Source of the DNA: Nocardioides sp.
GTDB lineage: Bacteria > Actinomycetota > Actinomycetes > Propionibacteriales > Nocardioidaceae
Direction of reading: 5' to 3'
NCBI GenBank assembly: GCA_031177735.1
Contig: JAPSKJ010000001.1
Span: 1 to 45,729 of the forward strand
Length of the DNA: 45,729 nt
Position numbers and translations under genes: made by a program. This document shows, piece after piece, positions 1-9,478 of this stretch (position 1 is its first letter; each line of letters begins with the position of its first letter). The notes under the pieces were generated by a model. It was given only the letters and a program-made list of their open reading frames with translations. It was not told the origin of the DNA and ran no database searches.

Positions 1-45
1 CGACCCTAGCCGCCGCTCCGGACACTTCCACGGGTTGTCGCCTCC

Positions 46-63
46 TGTTCGCCGACAGCAGAA
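46..63 (-). promoter_or_regulatory. Possible ClgR-type operator upstream of a minus-strand gene beyond the window edge (probably clpP1)
   Basis: TGTTCGCCGACAGCAGAA resembles the actinobacterial ClgR box GTTCGC-N5-GCG. A minus-strand TAGGGT -10-like hexamer lies at 3-8, and tig is normally followed by clpP. The target gene is not visible. Confidence 0.4.
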
Positions 64-122
64 GGGCGCGGCTCCCCGTCAGCGCCCTCCGGTACGCCGC
101 CCGGGCCGGCGCAGGCCGGCGA

Positions 123-1277
123 TCAGCTCAGCCAGCGGACGAGCGCGCGGGTGACGTCCGGGTGGTTGAGCACCCCGAAGTGCCCGGTGCGCGCCAGGTG
201 CAGCACCTCGGCACCGGGGAAGAGCTCGCGACCCCGCCGGTCGCGTCCCACGGCCGAGTGCGGCCGCACGAGCAGGTCGCCGACCAGGTGGCCGACCGGG
301 TGCGCGGCGCGTTCGGTGAGCGTGGCGGAGACCAGCCGGTACCGCGCGCGGGGAAGCGGCGGGACGTCCTCGTCCAGGCCGAGCACGAGGTCGTGGATCC
401 CGCGCGAGCGCCAATCCAGGACGCGCCCGAACGCCGCGCTCTCCGGCAGCCTGCCGAGGTGGCGGCTCCCGTGGGCCGCGACGGCGGCGAGCGGGGCTCC
501 GAGGTGCGGCGTGCCGAGCGTGACGACGTCGCTGACCAGCTCGGGCCAGCGCGTGCCGCGCACGGCACTGGCCGCCCGGATGATGAGCCCGCCCATCGAG
601 TGCCCCACCAGCACCAGACGCTCGACCGGCACCGGCCAGCCGGCGACGAGGTCGTCGAGGAGCGAGGCCAGGGCGACGCCGTTCTGCCGCACCGGCAGTC
701 CGGTGTTGGCGCGCAGCATGACGGGGGTCCAGCCGCGCTCGGCCAGGGTCTCGGGGTAGGTCGTGCCGAGCCGGTCGCGGTGGCGCAGCCAGGCGAGCTC
801 GCTCTCGCACAGTCCGTGCAGGAAGACCACCACCCGGCCGCCCGCACCGGGGAACGCCTGGTCGAGCTGGTCGAGCGGGACATCGCTCCCGCCGATGCGC
901 ACGGCCATCGGGATCGCGAGCGGTGGGCGCTCCTCGACGAGCCGGTCGCCGATGAGCCCGTTGACCGCCTCGCGCAGGAAGCGGCCGCGCGGGTCGTCGT
1001 CCAGACGGGGCCCCATGCCGGTGGCGGCGGCCCGGTCGAGTCCGGCGCGCAGGGCCCGCAGGGTGAGTCCGAGACCGGCGTACACGCCGGAGGCGAGGGT
1101 CCGGTGGGTCGCCTGCGGCAGCGCGGAGGTGCCGCCGGTGGCGGCCCGGGTGATGCCGTGGACACGGTCCCCCACCGCGGCGTGGGTGTCGCGGACGGTG
1201 GCGACGACCAGCTCGTCGGCGACCTCGGCGAGCAGCGCGAGGCCGTCGAGCAGCGTGGGGCCGGCCGGACGGTCCAT
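123..1277 (-). CDS. Alpha/beta hydrolase, PGAP1-like lipase/esterase
   Basis: Oxyanion motif FLHGL, nucleophile elbow GHSMGG, LGTPHLG, acid motif GDLLV and His motif TGHFGVLNHP. Confidence 0.85.
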   Translation of the reverse strand: MDRPAGPTLLDGLALLAEVADELVVATVRDTHAAVGDRVHGITRAATGGTSALPQATHRTLASGVYAGLGLTLRALRAGLDRAAATGMGPRLDDDPRGRFLREAVNGLIGDRLVEERPPLAIPMAVRIGGSDVPLDQLDQAFPGAGGRVVVFLHGLCESELAWLRHRDRLGTTYPETLAERGWTPVMLRANTGLPVRQNGVALASLLDDLVAGWPVPVERLVLVGHSMGGLIIRAASAVRGTRWPELVSDVVTLGTPHLGAPLAAVAAHGSRHLGRLPESAAFGRVLDWRSRGIHDLVLGLDEDVPPLPRARYRLVSATLTERAAHPVGHLVGDLLVRPHSAVGRDRRGRELFPGAEVLHLARTGHFGVLNHPDVTRALVRWLS

Positions 1278-1283
1278 GGCCTG

Positions 1284-2282
1284 CTACGCGAGCCAGTCGA
1301 GGAGCGCGCGGTGCACCTCGGGATGGTTGACGAGCGGAGCACCGGCCGCCTCGACCACGAAGCGGTCGGCGGTCGGGAACAGGTCGTGCGCCTGCCGGGG
1401 CCGGCCCGGTGTCCGGTGGCGCCACCACAGCAGACCGCCGACGAGCCCGCCGAGCGGGTCGGCCCGGGTGGAGACGGTGTCGTTGACGGCGACGTACCGG
1501 GCGTGCCCGAGCGGCGGCGCGTCCAGCAGCACCTGGTCCACGACGGCGATCCCGGCGAGCTGCTCGTCCAGCTGCCGCCCCACCGCGCCGGACAGGCTCG
1601 GGGCGGTCACCCCGAGCGTCGGGGTGCCCAGCAGCACGACATCGCTGACGAGGTGCTGCCACCCAAGGTCGGTCGAGGCGTGCAGCCCGCCGGCCGCGCG
1701 CACGACGAGGCCGCCCGACCCGTGGGCGACCAGCGCGATGCGCTCGACCGGCACCGGCCACCCGTCCACCACGCGCTGGAGCAGCGAGGCGAGCACCACG
1801 CCGGTCGCCGCCACCTCGTGGCCGTGGTCGTGGCGCAGCACCAGCGGGGTCCAGCCGAGCGTCGCGGCCAGCCGGTCGGCGTACGTCGCGCCCGTGCGGT
1901 CGACACCGCCGTCCCAGACCCGTTCGTCCTCCCCCGCGCCGGGGACGAGCACGAGCAGGTGACCGCCCGCGCCGGGGTGCGCGCGAGCGAGCAGGTCGGC
2001 GTCGGGGGCGAGGTCGCGGCCGCCGACGCGGAGCGCGACCGGCGCCCGCCCGGCGGTGCCGGTCACCACGCGGGCCAGCGGCGCCGCGGCGAGGGCGAGC
2101 GGCCCGGAGTGGCGACGAGCCAGGGCGGCGACGCGGAGGGCGGCCCGGACCACCTCACCCACGCCGGAGAGCAGGCCTGCGGGTGCAGCGGCCGGGTGCG
2201 TCGCCCTCGGCACGCGCTCCAGCGGCTCGTCCTCGCTGTGCACGACGTGCCCGTGCACGACCTGGGACTGCGGGTGGCTCAC
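1284..2282 (-). CDS. Catalytically degenerate paralog of the adjacent alpha/beta hydrolase
   Basis: Collinear with 123-1277 (LGWTPLVLR, GWPVPVERIALV, LVSDVVLLGTP, NHPEV) but the elbow reads AHGSGG. Start set at GTG 2282, 7 nt downstream of TAGCCT and past the tig terminator. Confidence 0.8.
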   Translation of the reverse strand: MSHPQSQVVHGHVVHSEDEPLERVPRATHPAAAPAGLLSGVGEVVRAALRVAALARRHSGPLALAAAPLARVVTGTAGRAPVALRVGGRDLAPDADLLARAHPGAGGHLLVLVPGAGEDERVWDGGVDRTGATYADRLAATLGWTPLVLRHDHGHEVAATGVVLASLLQRVVDGWPVPVERIALVAHGSGGLVVRAAGGLHASTDLGWQHLVSDVVLLGTPTLGVTAPSLSGAVGRQLDEQLAGIAVVDQVLLDAPPLGHARYVAVNDTVSTRADPLGGLVGGLLWWRHRTPGRPRQAHDLFPTADRFVVEAAGAPLVNHPEVHRALLDWLA

Positions 2283-2350
2283 CCTCCGAAGGCTAGGCGG
2301 TGCGAGGGCGCGTGGGAGCCGGCGGTCCCCCGACACGCCCGAGACGCGGC

Positions 2351-2390
2351 GATGGCCCGGGGCTCCGCCGCAGCGGAACCCCGGGCCATC
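2351..2390 (-). terminator. Stem-loop terminator after tig
   Basis: GATGGCCCGGGGCTCCGC-CGCA-GCGGAACCCCGGGCCATC, an 18-bp stem with one G-U pair in the minus-strand RNA, just downstream of the tig stop. Confidence 0.75.
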
Positions 2391-2412
2391 AGGCCGGTCG
2401 TGCGGGTGAGGC

Positions 2413-3816
2413 TCAGGCCTCGGTCTTCGCGGCCTCGCCGGCCTCGTCGGGCGCGTCACCCTCGGCCGCCTCGTCGGCAGGCTCACCGATGGTGCCGTCG
2501 GGGCGGAGGTTCTTCAGCTCCACGGCGTTGCCCGCGGTGTCGGTGACGTTCGCGGACTCGACGATCTTCGCGAGCACCTTGCCGCGGGAGATCTCGGCGG
2601 CGTACTCCTGCAGGTGGTGCGGGTGCTCCTGGATGTGAGCGAACGCCTGCTGCGGGTCCTGGCCCTGGCTCTGCGCCTGGCGGATGATGTAGCCGGTGAG
2701 GTCCTCGTTGGTGATCTCGATGTCCTCGCCCTTGGCGATCTCGTCGAGCAGCATCTGCGCGGCGAGCGCGTCACGGACGCGACGCTCGAGGTCGGCCTCG
2801 AACTCCTCGATGGTCTGCCCCTCGTCCTCGAGGTACTTCTCCATCGTCAGCCCGGCGAAGGAGAGCTGCTGCTCGACGTTCTGGCGCCGGGCGTTGAGCT
2901 CCTCGGTGACGATGCCCTCGGGCAGCGGCACGTCGACCTTCTCCAGCAGCGCCTCCAGGACGGCGTCGCGAGCGGCGGCCGCCTGCTCGAGGCGCTTTCC
3001 GTTGCCCAGGCGCTCGCGGACGTCGGCCTCCAGCTCGGCCACGGTGTCGAACTCCGAGGCCATCTGGGCGAACTCGTCGTCGTAGTCGGGCAGCTCCTGC
3101 TCCTGGACCTGGGTCACCTTGACCTGGACCTCGACCTCCTGGCCGATCAGGTCGCCGCCGACGAGCTGGCTGGTGAAGGTGCGCTCCTCGCCGGCCGACA
3201 GGCCGGTGATCGCCTCGTCGAGGCCGTCGAGCATGCCGCCACCGCCGACGCGGTAGCTCATCCCGCTCACCTCGGCGCCCTCGACGGGCTCGCCGTCCCT
3301 GGTGGCGACCAGGTCGATGACGACGAAGTCGCCCTCCTGGGCGGGCCGCTCGACGTCGATGAGGGTCGCGAAGCGCTCACGCAGCGCCTGGATCTGCTCC
3401 TCGACGTCGGCGTCGGTGACCTCGAACGGGTCGACCTCGGCGCTCAGGCCCTCGTAGTCGGGCACGTCGATCTGCGGCTTGACGTCGACCTCGGCGGTGA
3501 ACTCCAGCGTCTCGTTGTCCTCGAACTTCGTCACCTCGATGTCGGGCTGCGCGAGCGGCTCGAGGTCGTTGGCCTGGAGGGCCTCGACGTACTTCTTGGG
3601 GAGCACGTCGTTGATGGCCTGGTCGAGCACCGCGCCCCGACCGACCTGACGGTCGATCACCGGCGGCGGCACCTTGCCCTTACGGAAGCCCGGGATGTTG
3701 ATCTGCTGGGCGATCTGCTTGTACGCCGCGTCGAGGCTCGGCTTGAGTTCCTCGAAGGGCACCTCGACGGTCAGCTTGGCCCGGGTCGGGCTCAAGGTCT
3801 CGACGGCGCTCTTCAC
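2413..3816 (-). CDS. tig: Trigger factor
   Basis: VKSAVETLSPTRAKLTVEVPF N-terminus, ribosome-binding motif IPGFRKGKVP and FKBP-like middle domain. GTG start with an AGGAGA RBS. Confidence 0.97.
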   Translation of the reverse strand: MKSAVETLSPTRAKLTVEVPFEELKPSLDAAYKQIAQQINIPGFRKGKVPPPVIDRQVGRGAVLDQAINDVLPKKYVEALQANDLEPLAQPDIEVTKFEDNETLEFTAEVDVKPQIDVPDYEGLSAEVDPFEVTDADVEEQIQALRERFATLIDVERPAQEGDFVVIDLVATRDGEPVEGAEVSGMSYRVGGGGMLDGLDEAITGLSAGEERTFTSQLVGGDLIGQEVEVQVKVTQVQEQELPDYDDEFAQMASEFDTVAELEADVRERLGNGKRLEQAAAARDAVLEALLEKVDVPLPEGIVTEELNARRQNVEQQLSFAGLTMEKYLEDEGQTIEEFEADLERRVRDALAAQMLLDEIAKGEDIEITNEDLTGYIIRQAQSQGQDPQQAFAHIQEHPHHLQEYAAEISRGKVLAKIVESANVTDTAGNAVELKNLRPDGTIGEPADEAAEGDAPDEAGEAAKTEA

Positions 3817-4085
3817 AGGTTTCTCCTGTCGTTGTTGCTTCATGGTGGTCCGGGACGCGTCGCGATGGACGGTGCTGTCGTTCGGGCGACAGGACTTCGC
3901 TATCGGCACACTGCCCGCAGCTCGGGCCGAGTGGCCGGAGTCATTCCTCAGCGTAGAGCACGCGGGACAGCCGCTCGAAACCCTCGCGCGCCGACGGACG
4001 TCCCGCGTCTCGGGATCGGCGTGGACGCGCACCGGGGCGAGGCCGTCGAGGTGACCCACGCGCAGCGAGCGACTCCCCCAGGTGC

Positions 4086-4162
4086 TGGTCGGGGTACTCG
4101 GATTTGAACCGAGGGCCTCCTGCTCCCAAAGCAGGCGCGCTGCCAAACTGCGCCACACCCCG
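4086..4162 (-). tRNA. tRNA-Pro (anticodon TGG)
   Basis: CGGGGTG acceptor stem, anticodon arm CCTGC-TTTGGGA-GCAGG, GGTTCAAATCC T-arm and encoded CCA. Confidence 0.97.
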
Positions 4163-4214
4163 TGGCTTGTTCACCGTGGTCACCGCCGCAGCCGAGGAAC
4201 GGCGACCACCTCAG

Positions 4215-4285
4215 AGCGGATGACGGGAATCGAACCCGCGTAGCCAGTTTGGAAGACTGGGGCTCTACCATTGAGCTACATCCGC
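4215..4285 (-). tRNA. tRNA-Gly (anticodon TCC)
   Basis: GCGGATG/CATCCGC acceptor stem, anticodon arm CCAGT-CTTCCAA-ACTGG and GGTTCGATTCC T-arm. CCA is not encoded. Confidence 0.96.
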
Positions 4286-4391
4286 GCGCGTCCCGCGCCG
4301 CCCTCGCGGCGGCCCAGGAACGCGGACATGGTGCCACACCGCGGCTCCCGATCCCCAACCGGCCCGGCGCTGGCGAGCCGGCGGGCGCGGG

Positions 4392-5507
4392 TCAGCGACG
4401 CGCGACGACCACCAGTGCCCGGTCGTCGTCCTTGGAGCCGAGCGCGGCCACCAGTCGCTTGGCCGCCCCGGTGAAGTCGCCCCGCAGGAGCGACTCGGCC
4501 TGCCCGAGCAGCCGGTCGATGCCGAGGTCGATGTCGCGCCGCGGCTCCTCCACCATCCCGTCGGTGTAGAGCATCACCGCGTCGCCGCGGCGCAGCACGC
4601 CGGAGACCGCCGCGAACTCGGCGCCGGGGATGAGTCCGAGCACGGGACCTTCGCTGTCCACGATCCGCCACTGGCCCGCGCCCGCGGCCCGGTGGACGGC
4701 CGGGGGGTGCCCGGCCGAGCGGATCTCGAAGGCACCGGTGTCGAGGTGGACCGAGAGGTGGATCGCCGTGGCGAACCCCTCCGCCCAGTTCTGGCGCAGC
4801 AGGTAGTCGTTGGCGGCGGGCAGGAACTGCGCCGGCGGCAATGCGCCGAGGAGGCCGCCGAAGGCTCCCGAGAGCAGCAGCGCACGGGTGCCGGCCTGCT
4901 CGCCCTTGCCCGACACGTCGACGACCACGACCTCGAGTCGATCGGGCGCCGGTCGGCCGGCGACGATGAAGTCTCCCGCGAAGAGGGTGCCGCCCGCGGA
5001 GGTCAGCGCGGACTCGGCGTGCCAGTCGTCGGGAAGGGCCGGGATGCCGCCCTGGTTGAGGATCCGGTCGCGCAGGTCGACGAACATCGACTCCCCGCGC
5101 ATGCCCGCGACGCCCAGCCGGCTGCGGCGGAAGGACATCAGCAGCACGAACAGGCCGATCACGAACATCACCGCGACGGTGATCACGGTGCGGGCGTCGA
5201 CGCCGGTCGTGCTGACCACCAGCGTGGCCACCAGCATCAGGAGGAGGAACACCACGAACCAGGGCAGCGTGCGTGGCCCGAGCACGAGGCTGCCGATGAT
5301 CAGCGGGATGGCGAGCAGGGTCCGTGGCGCCACCTCGGGCAGGGTCACGACCAGGATCGTCGACACGACCACGAACAGCCCCAGCCCGATCAGCAACCAG
5401 GTCTCCCCGTGCGCCCGGCTCGAGCGCAGCCACCGGCGGCGGATGCCGCCGGCTCGCCGGACCTTCGCGCGGCGCGACGCCGTGTGCGCGGTCGTGTGCG
5501 CGGTCAT
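4392..5507 (-). CDS. Membrane-bound PP2C/SpoIIE-family serine phosphatase
   Basis: N-terminal hydrophobic helices and motifs FAGDF, DVSGKG, SAGHPP, YTDG and DDRA. The ATG overlaps the nei stop (ATGA). Confidence 0.88.
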   Translation of the reverse strand: MTAHTTAHTASRRAKVRRAGGIRRRWLRSSRAHGETWLLIGLGLFVVVSTILVVTLPEVAPRTLLAIPLIIGSLVLGPRTLPWFVVFLLLMLVATLVVSTTGVDARTVITVAVMFVIGLFVLLMSFRRSRLGVAGMRGESMFVDLRDRILNQGGIPALPDDWHAESALTSAGGTLFAGDFIVAGRPAPDRLEVVVVDVSGKGEQAGTRALLLSGAFGGLLGALPPAQFLPAANDYLLRQNWAEGFATAIHLSVHLDTGAFEIRSAGHPPAVHRAAGAGQWRIVDSEGPVLGLIPGAEFAAVSGVLRRGDAVMLYTDGMVEEPRRDIDLGIDRLLGQAESLLRGDFTGAAKRLVAALGSKDDDRALVVVARR

Positions 5508-6409
5508 GTGCCCGGTCCTCGTCTCGTGGGTGGGGTTACTGTACGGCTCGCGCTGCCCCCGCGAGGCGTAGTTGCGCGACCTCGGTAGCGCCGCTGGCAG
5601 CCGGGGCACCAGAACAGGTTGCGGCCCTCCAGCTCCGCCGTCCGAACCGCCTGTCCGCACACCAGGCACGGCATCCCGGTGCGGCGGTAGACGTAGACCT
5701 CGCCGCCGTGGTCGTCGACGCGGGGAGGGCGGCCCATGGCCTCGGGCGTGTGCTCCGGCCGCACCGTGTCGATCCGGTTCTTCGCGACGCCGTCGCGCAT
5801 CAGCTCGACCAGGTCCGCCCACATGGCCAGCCACTGCGACCGCTTGAGGGTGCTGCCCGGCCGCAGCGGGTCCATCCGGTGCCGGAACAGCAGCTCGGCG
5901 CGGTAGACGTTGCCGACACCGGCCAGCACCTTCTGGTCCATCAGCAGGGTGCCGATCGGCTTGGTGCTGCGCGAGATCCGCTCCCACGCGCGCAGCGGAT
6001 CGGCGCCGTCGCCGGAGTCGCGCAGTGGATCCGGGCCGAGCTTGGCGACGCACGCCTCACGCTGGGCCCGGGTCCACAGGTCGCACCCGGTGGCGCCGCG
6101 CAGGTCGGCGTACGCCGACTCGTGCTGGATCCGCAGCCGCACCTGTCCCACCGGGGCGGGCACGGCGGCGACGCCCGCGTGGACGTCGAGCTTGCCGATC
6201 AGCCCCAGGTGCACGTGGATGTAGCGCTCGCCGGGGAACTCCAGGAACAGCTGCTTGCCCCACGCCTCGGCCGCCTCGAGCACCTGCCCGTCGAGCTGGC
6301 GCGCCTCGGCCTCGAACCGCCCCGTGGGACTGCTGACGCGCACGGGCGAGCCTGCGAAGACGTCGGTGATGGTCCGGGCGAGGTGGTGGAGGTGATGGCC
6401 CTCGGGCAT
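5504..6409 (-). CDS. nei: Fpg/Nei family DNA glycosylase
   Basis: MPEG N-terminus, GKQL, HLGLIG, H2TH motif LMDQKVLAGVGNVYRAE and zinc finger CLVC...CPGCQ. Confidence 0.9.
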   Translation of the reverse strand: MPEGHHLHHLARTITDVFAGSPVRVSSPTGRFEAEARQLDGQVLEAAEAWGKQLFLEFPGERYIHVHLGLIGKLDVHAGVAAVPAPVGQVRLRIQHESAYADLRGATGCDLWTRAQREACVAKLGPDPLRDSGDGADPLRAWERISRSTKPIGTLLMDQKVLAGVGNVYRAELLFRHRMDPLRPGSTLKRSQWLAMWADLVELMRDGVAKNRIDTVRPEHTPEAMGRPPRVDDHGGEVYVYRRTGMPCLVCGQAVRTAELEGRNLFWCPGCQRRYRGRATTPRGGSASRTVTPPTRRGPGT

Positions 6410-6412
6410 CGA

Positions 6413-6922
6413 TCAGGCGTCGGGGCCGAGGCCGACGGCGCTCGCGGGCAGGGGTGGCAGCTCGCCGGTCTGCTCGTAGTGGGCGATCTGGCCGATCCGG
6501 CGCACGTGCCGCTCGTCGTCGGAGAAGGGCTCGCCGAGGAAGATCTCGACGAAGCGGGTCATGTCCTCCAGGGAGTGCATCCGGCCGCCGACCGAGACGA
6601 CCTGGGCGTTGTTGTGGTCGCGGGCAAGCTTGGCGGTCTCCTCCGACCAGGCGAGCGCGCAGCGGATGCCGTGCACCTTGTTGGCGGCCATCTGCTCGCC
6701 GTTGCCGGAGCCGCCGATGACGACGCCGAGGCTGTCCATTCCCTGCGCACGGTCACGGGCCACCGCCTCAGCGGCGCGCAGGCAGAAGACCGGGTAGTCG
6801 TCGAGGGCGTCGTACACGAACGGACCGTGGTCGACCGGCTCGTAGCCGAGCTCGGTGAGGCGGGCGATGAGGTGGGCTTTGAGGTCGAGGCCGGCGTGGT
6901 CGGAGCCGAGGTGGACGCGCAT
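6413..6922 (-). CDS. rpiB: Ribose-5-phosphate isomerase B
   Basis: GSDHAG, DDYP, actinobacterial GGSGNGE, HNNAQ and RHVRRI. Confidence 0.95.
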   Translation of the reverse strand: MRVHLGSDHAGLDLKAHLIARLTELGYEPVDHGPFVYDALDDYPVFCLRAAEAVARDRAQGMDSLGVVIGGSGNGEQMAANKVHGIRCALAWSEETAKLARDHNNAQVVSVGGRMHSLEDMTRFVEIFLGEPFSDDERHVRRIGQIAHYEQTGELPPLPASAVGLGPDA

Positions 6923-6935
6923 GGACGTCATCCTC

Positions 6936-7802
6936 TCAGGAGTACGACGCGAGGAATCCCGCTACCTGCCTGAGAAGTCGCTCACTGCTGGTGAAGGCCT
7001 CGTGCCGCCAGAAGCCGTGGGTCTGGCCGAGGTAGCGGGTCGCGGTGACCTCCACCCCCAGGGCGTCGAGCCGGCGGGCCAGCTCCTCGCCCTCGTCACG
7101 CAGGGGGTCGTGCTCGGCGGTGACGACGAGAGTGGGCGGCAGCGTGCCGAGCCGGTCGCTGGTCAGCGGCGCGAGGTCGGGGTTGGTCAGGTCGGCCGGG
7201 GTGGCGGCGTACTGCTCCCAGTACCACGCCGCCTCCCGCGGGTCGAAGCCGTCGGCGGCGGTGAGGTAGGAGTCGAAGGCCTGGGTGGGATCGAGGAAGG
7301 GGTAGATCAGCGCGACCGCCCGGAACAGCCCCGGGTGGCGCAGCGCCGCCACCAGGGCGAGGTTGCCTCCGGCGCTGTCACCGTGCGCGTAGAGCGGCTC
7401 CTCCGGCCGGTGACGCTCGAGCCAGGCGAGCACGGTGTCGACATCGTCGGGCGCGGCCGGGAACCGGTGCTCGGGCGGGCGCCGGTAGTCCACGCTGAGC
7501 ACCGGGATGCCCGCACGGTTGGCGAAGCGTCGGCAGACCGGGTCGTGGACCTCGATGTCGTTGAAGACGAAGCCGCCGCCGTGCAGGTGGACGATCAGGC
7601 CGGGGCGCGGGTCCACCGGGGTGAAGAGCCGGCACGGCACTCCGTCGGCGTCGACGTCCTCGACCGCGGCGACCTCCTCCTTGGGGGTGCGGGCGGCCTC
7701 GAGCCGGGCGGCTTCTCTGTTGGCGTCGATGTCGGCCTGCGAGTCCGGGATCTGGTCGGCGGCGCGGGCCACGGCCGCCGCGGCCTGTCGGAAGAGCACC
7801 AT
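6936..7802 (-). CDS. HSL-family alpha/beta hydrolase (esterase)
   Basis: HGGGF, VDYRRPPEHRFP, GDSAGG, DPLRDEG and HGF. ATG 7802 lies 6 nt after TACGCT. Confidence 0.9.
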   Translation of the reverse strand: MVLFRQAAAAVARAADQIPDSQADIDANREAARLEAARTPKEEVAAVEDVDADGVPCRLFTPVDPRPGLIVHLHGGGFVFNDIEVHDPVCRRFANRAGIPVLSVDYRRPPEHRFPAAPDDVDTVLAWLERHRPEEPLYAHGDSAGGNLALVAALRHPGLFRAVALIYPFLDPTQAFDSYLTAADGFDPREAAWYWEQYAATPADLTNPDLAPLTSDRLGTLPPTLVVTAEHDPLRDEGEELARRLDALGVEVTATRYLGQTHGFWRHEAFTSSERLLRQVAGFLASYS

Positions 7803-7879
7803 GTCCGCAGCGTAAGGGGCGGCGGATCCGGCTCCCCGGAGCAGGTGACCTGTGGCCGGGTGCGGGTTACCGGGCACCC

Positions 7880-8692
7880 ATGGCCGACTCATCCACCACC
7901 GCCGGGGACGACCCGGCGACGCACCCCGGAACCGCCGTCGTCACCGGCGCCTCGAGCGGCATCGGCCGCGCCCTGGCCCGGAAGTTCGCCCAGCACGGCC
8001 ACGACCTCGTCATCGCGGCCGACGAGCCGGAGATCGAGGACGCCGCCCGCGAGCTGGAGGGTCTCGGCGCCTCGGTGCGGGCGGTGCAGGTCGACCTCGC
8101 CACGGCGGACGGCGTCGAGGCGCTGTACGCGGCCCTCCCGTCGGACTCCGTCACCGCGCTGGCGCTCAACGCCGGGATCGGCGTCTCGGGCAGGTTCGAC
8201 CGGACCGATGTCGCGGACCATCTCCGGCTCGTGGACCTCAACGTCCGCTCCGCGGTGCACCTGGCCGGGCTGGTGGTGCCGGGCATGGTGGCCCGCGGTC
8301 GGGGGCGCATCCTGATCACCTCCTCGATCGCTGCGACCGGCCCCGGGCCTTACCACTCGACCTACGCCGCCTCGAAGGCCTTCGGCCACATCTTCGCCGA
8401 GGGCATCCGCCACGAGCTCAAGGGCACCGGCGTCACCGTCACCTCCCTCATGCCCGGGCCGACCGACACCGCCTTCTTCGAGCGCGCCGACATGCTCGAC
8501 ACCCGCATCGCGCAAGGGCCGAAGGACGACGCTGACGACGTCGCCGCCGATGCCTTCGACGCCCTGATGGCAGGCAAGGACCGCGTCGTCGCCGGCGCGC
8601 GGCGCAACTGGGTGCAGGCCGAGCTCAGCTCCCACCTGCCCGACGTCGTCACGGCTCCGCTGATGGCGACCCTGACGAAGCCACGGGGTTAG
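7880..8692 (+). CDS. Short-chain dehydrogenase/reductase
   Basis: TGASSGIG, NAGIG, YAASK and PGPTDT. Confidence 0.92.
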   Translation: MADSSTTAGDDPATHPGTAVVTGASSGIGRALARKFAQHGHDLVIAADEPEIEDAARELEGLGASVRAVQVDLATADGVEALYAALPSDSVTALALNAGIGVSGRFDRTDVADHLRLVDLNVRSAVHLAGLVVPGMVARGRGRILITSSIAATGPGPYHSTYAASKAFGHIFAEGIRHELKGTGVTVTSLMPGPTDTAFFERADMLDTRIAQGPKDDADDVAADAFDALMAGKDRVVAGARRNWVQAELSSHLPDVVTAPLMATLTKPRG

Positions 8693-8711
8693 CACCCGAC
8701 GGCGCCACTCC

Positions 8712-9473
8712 TCACCGAGCCGCCCGCCGGAACACGCCTGCCTCGAGCACCGGAACCCCGCCGCTGACGTCGAGCGAGGCGGCCATGACCACGTCCGCCG
8801 CATAGCCCTTCGCGCCGAGCTCGCGCCCCGACGCGCAGGCACGCAGGGCGCTGAGGGGGTCGTCCTCGACCACGCCGAAGGCAGCGACCGCCGCACCGGC
8901 CTCCGGGCTCATCTCACCGACGCCTGCGTCGGTGAGGGCCGCGAGCAACGCGCCCGCCCCCCAGAGGTCCTCGACGGCCGGGCGGAGGGTGCCGTCCGGC
9001 CAGCGCTCGCCAGCGGCGACGACGGCCACCGTGGCTCCCTCGCGCAGCCGCGGGAGCAGCCAGCGGGCGACGGCCGCGCGGTTGCGCAGGGAGGCGCCGA
9101 CCACGACCGAGCCCTCCGCGGCGAGAGAGGTCGCGACCGTCGAGCCGTTCGGGGATGGCAGCACCACCCGGCGGATTCCGGCGACGGCCTGCATCGCCGC
9201 CGGGGAGAGCGTCACCCGGCCGTCGCCCGGAGTGCTGTCCTGCCGCCCGACGGCCAGCACGGCGTCGTACTCCTCCGCGACCCGGGCGGCCCGCACGTCG
9301 TGCCACGGCAGCGGGACGACCTCGATGTCGCGGTCGATCGCCACGGTCAGGGTGGTCGTGAAGGACAGCACGTCGACGACCACGGCGAGGTCCGCCGGCG
9401 TGAGCGCCGCGGCGCCACTCGGCCCCCAGTCCAGCCGGACCGGGTAGGCCCGCTGGCGGTGCGCGGCGTCCAT
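8712..9473 (-). CDS. 2-phosphosulfolactate phosphatase (ComB-like)
   Basis: VVVDVLSFTT, SPNGS, AAGERW and RPAVEDLWGAG. Confidence 0.85.
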   Translation of the reverse strand: MDAAHRQRAYPVRLDWGPSGAAALTPADLAVVVDVLSFTTTLTVAIDRDIEVVPLPWHDVRAARVAEEYDAVLAVGRQDSTPGDGRVTLSPAAMQAVAGIRRVVLPSPNGSTVATSLAAEGSVVVGASLRNRAAVARWLLPRLREGATVAVVAAGERWPDGTLRPAVEDLWGAGALLAALTDAGVGEMSPEAGAAVAAFGVVEDDPLSALRACASGRELGAKGYAADVVMAASLDVSGGVPVLEAGVFRRAAR

Positions 9474-9478
9474 GCGGC

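Noticed and set aside
1284-2282. Pseudogene call for the second hydrolase
   Set aside because: The frame is intact, the core fold motifs are retained and it has its own promoter.
4086-4285. tRNA genes as integration sites for an island
   Set aside because: No integrase was seen and no duplicated tRNA 3' end was noticed. The flanking genes are core.
8712-9473. Coenzyme M biosynthesis inferred from the ComB-like gene
   Set aside because: No other com genes are in the window, and stand-alone ComB-like genes are common in actinobacteria.
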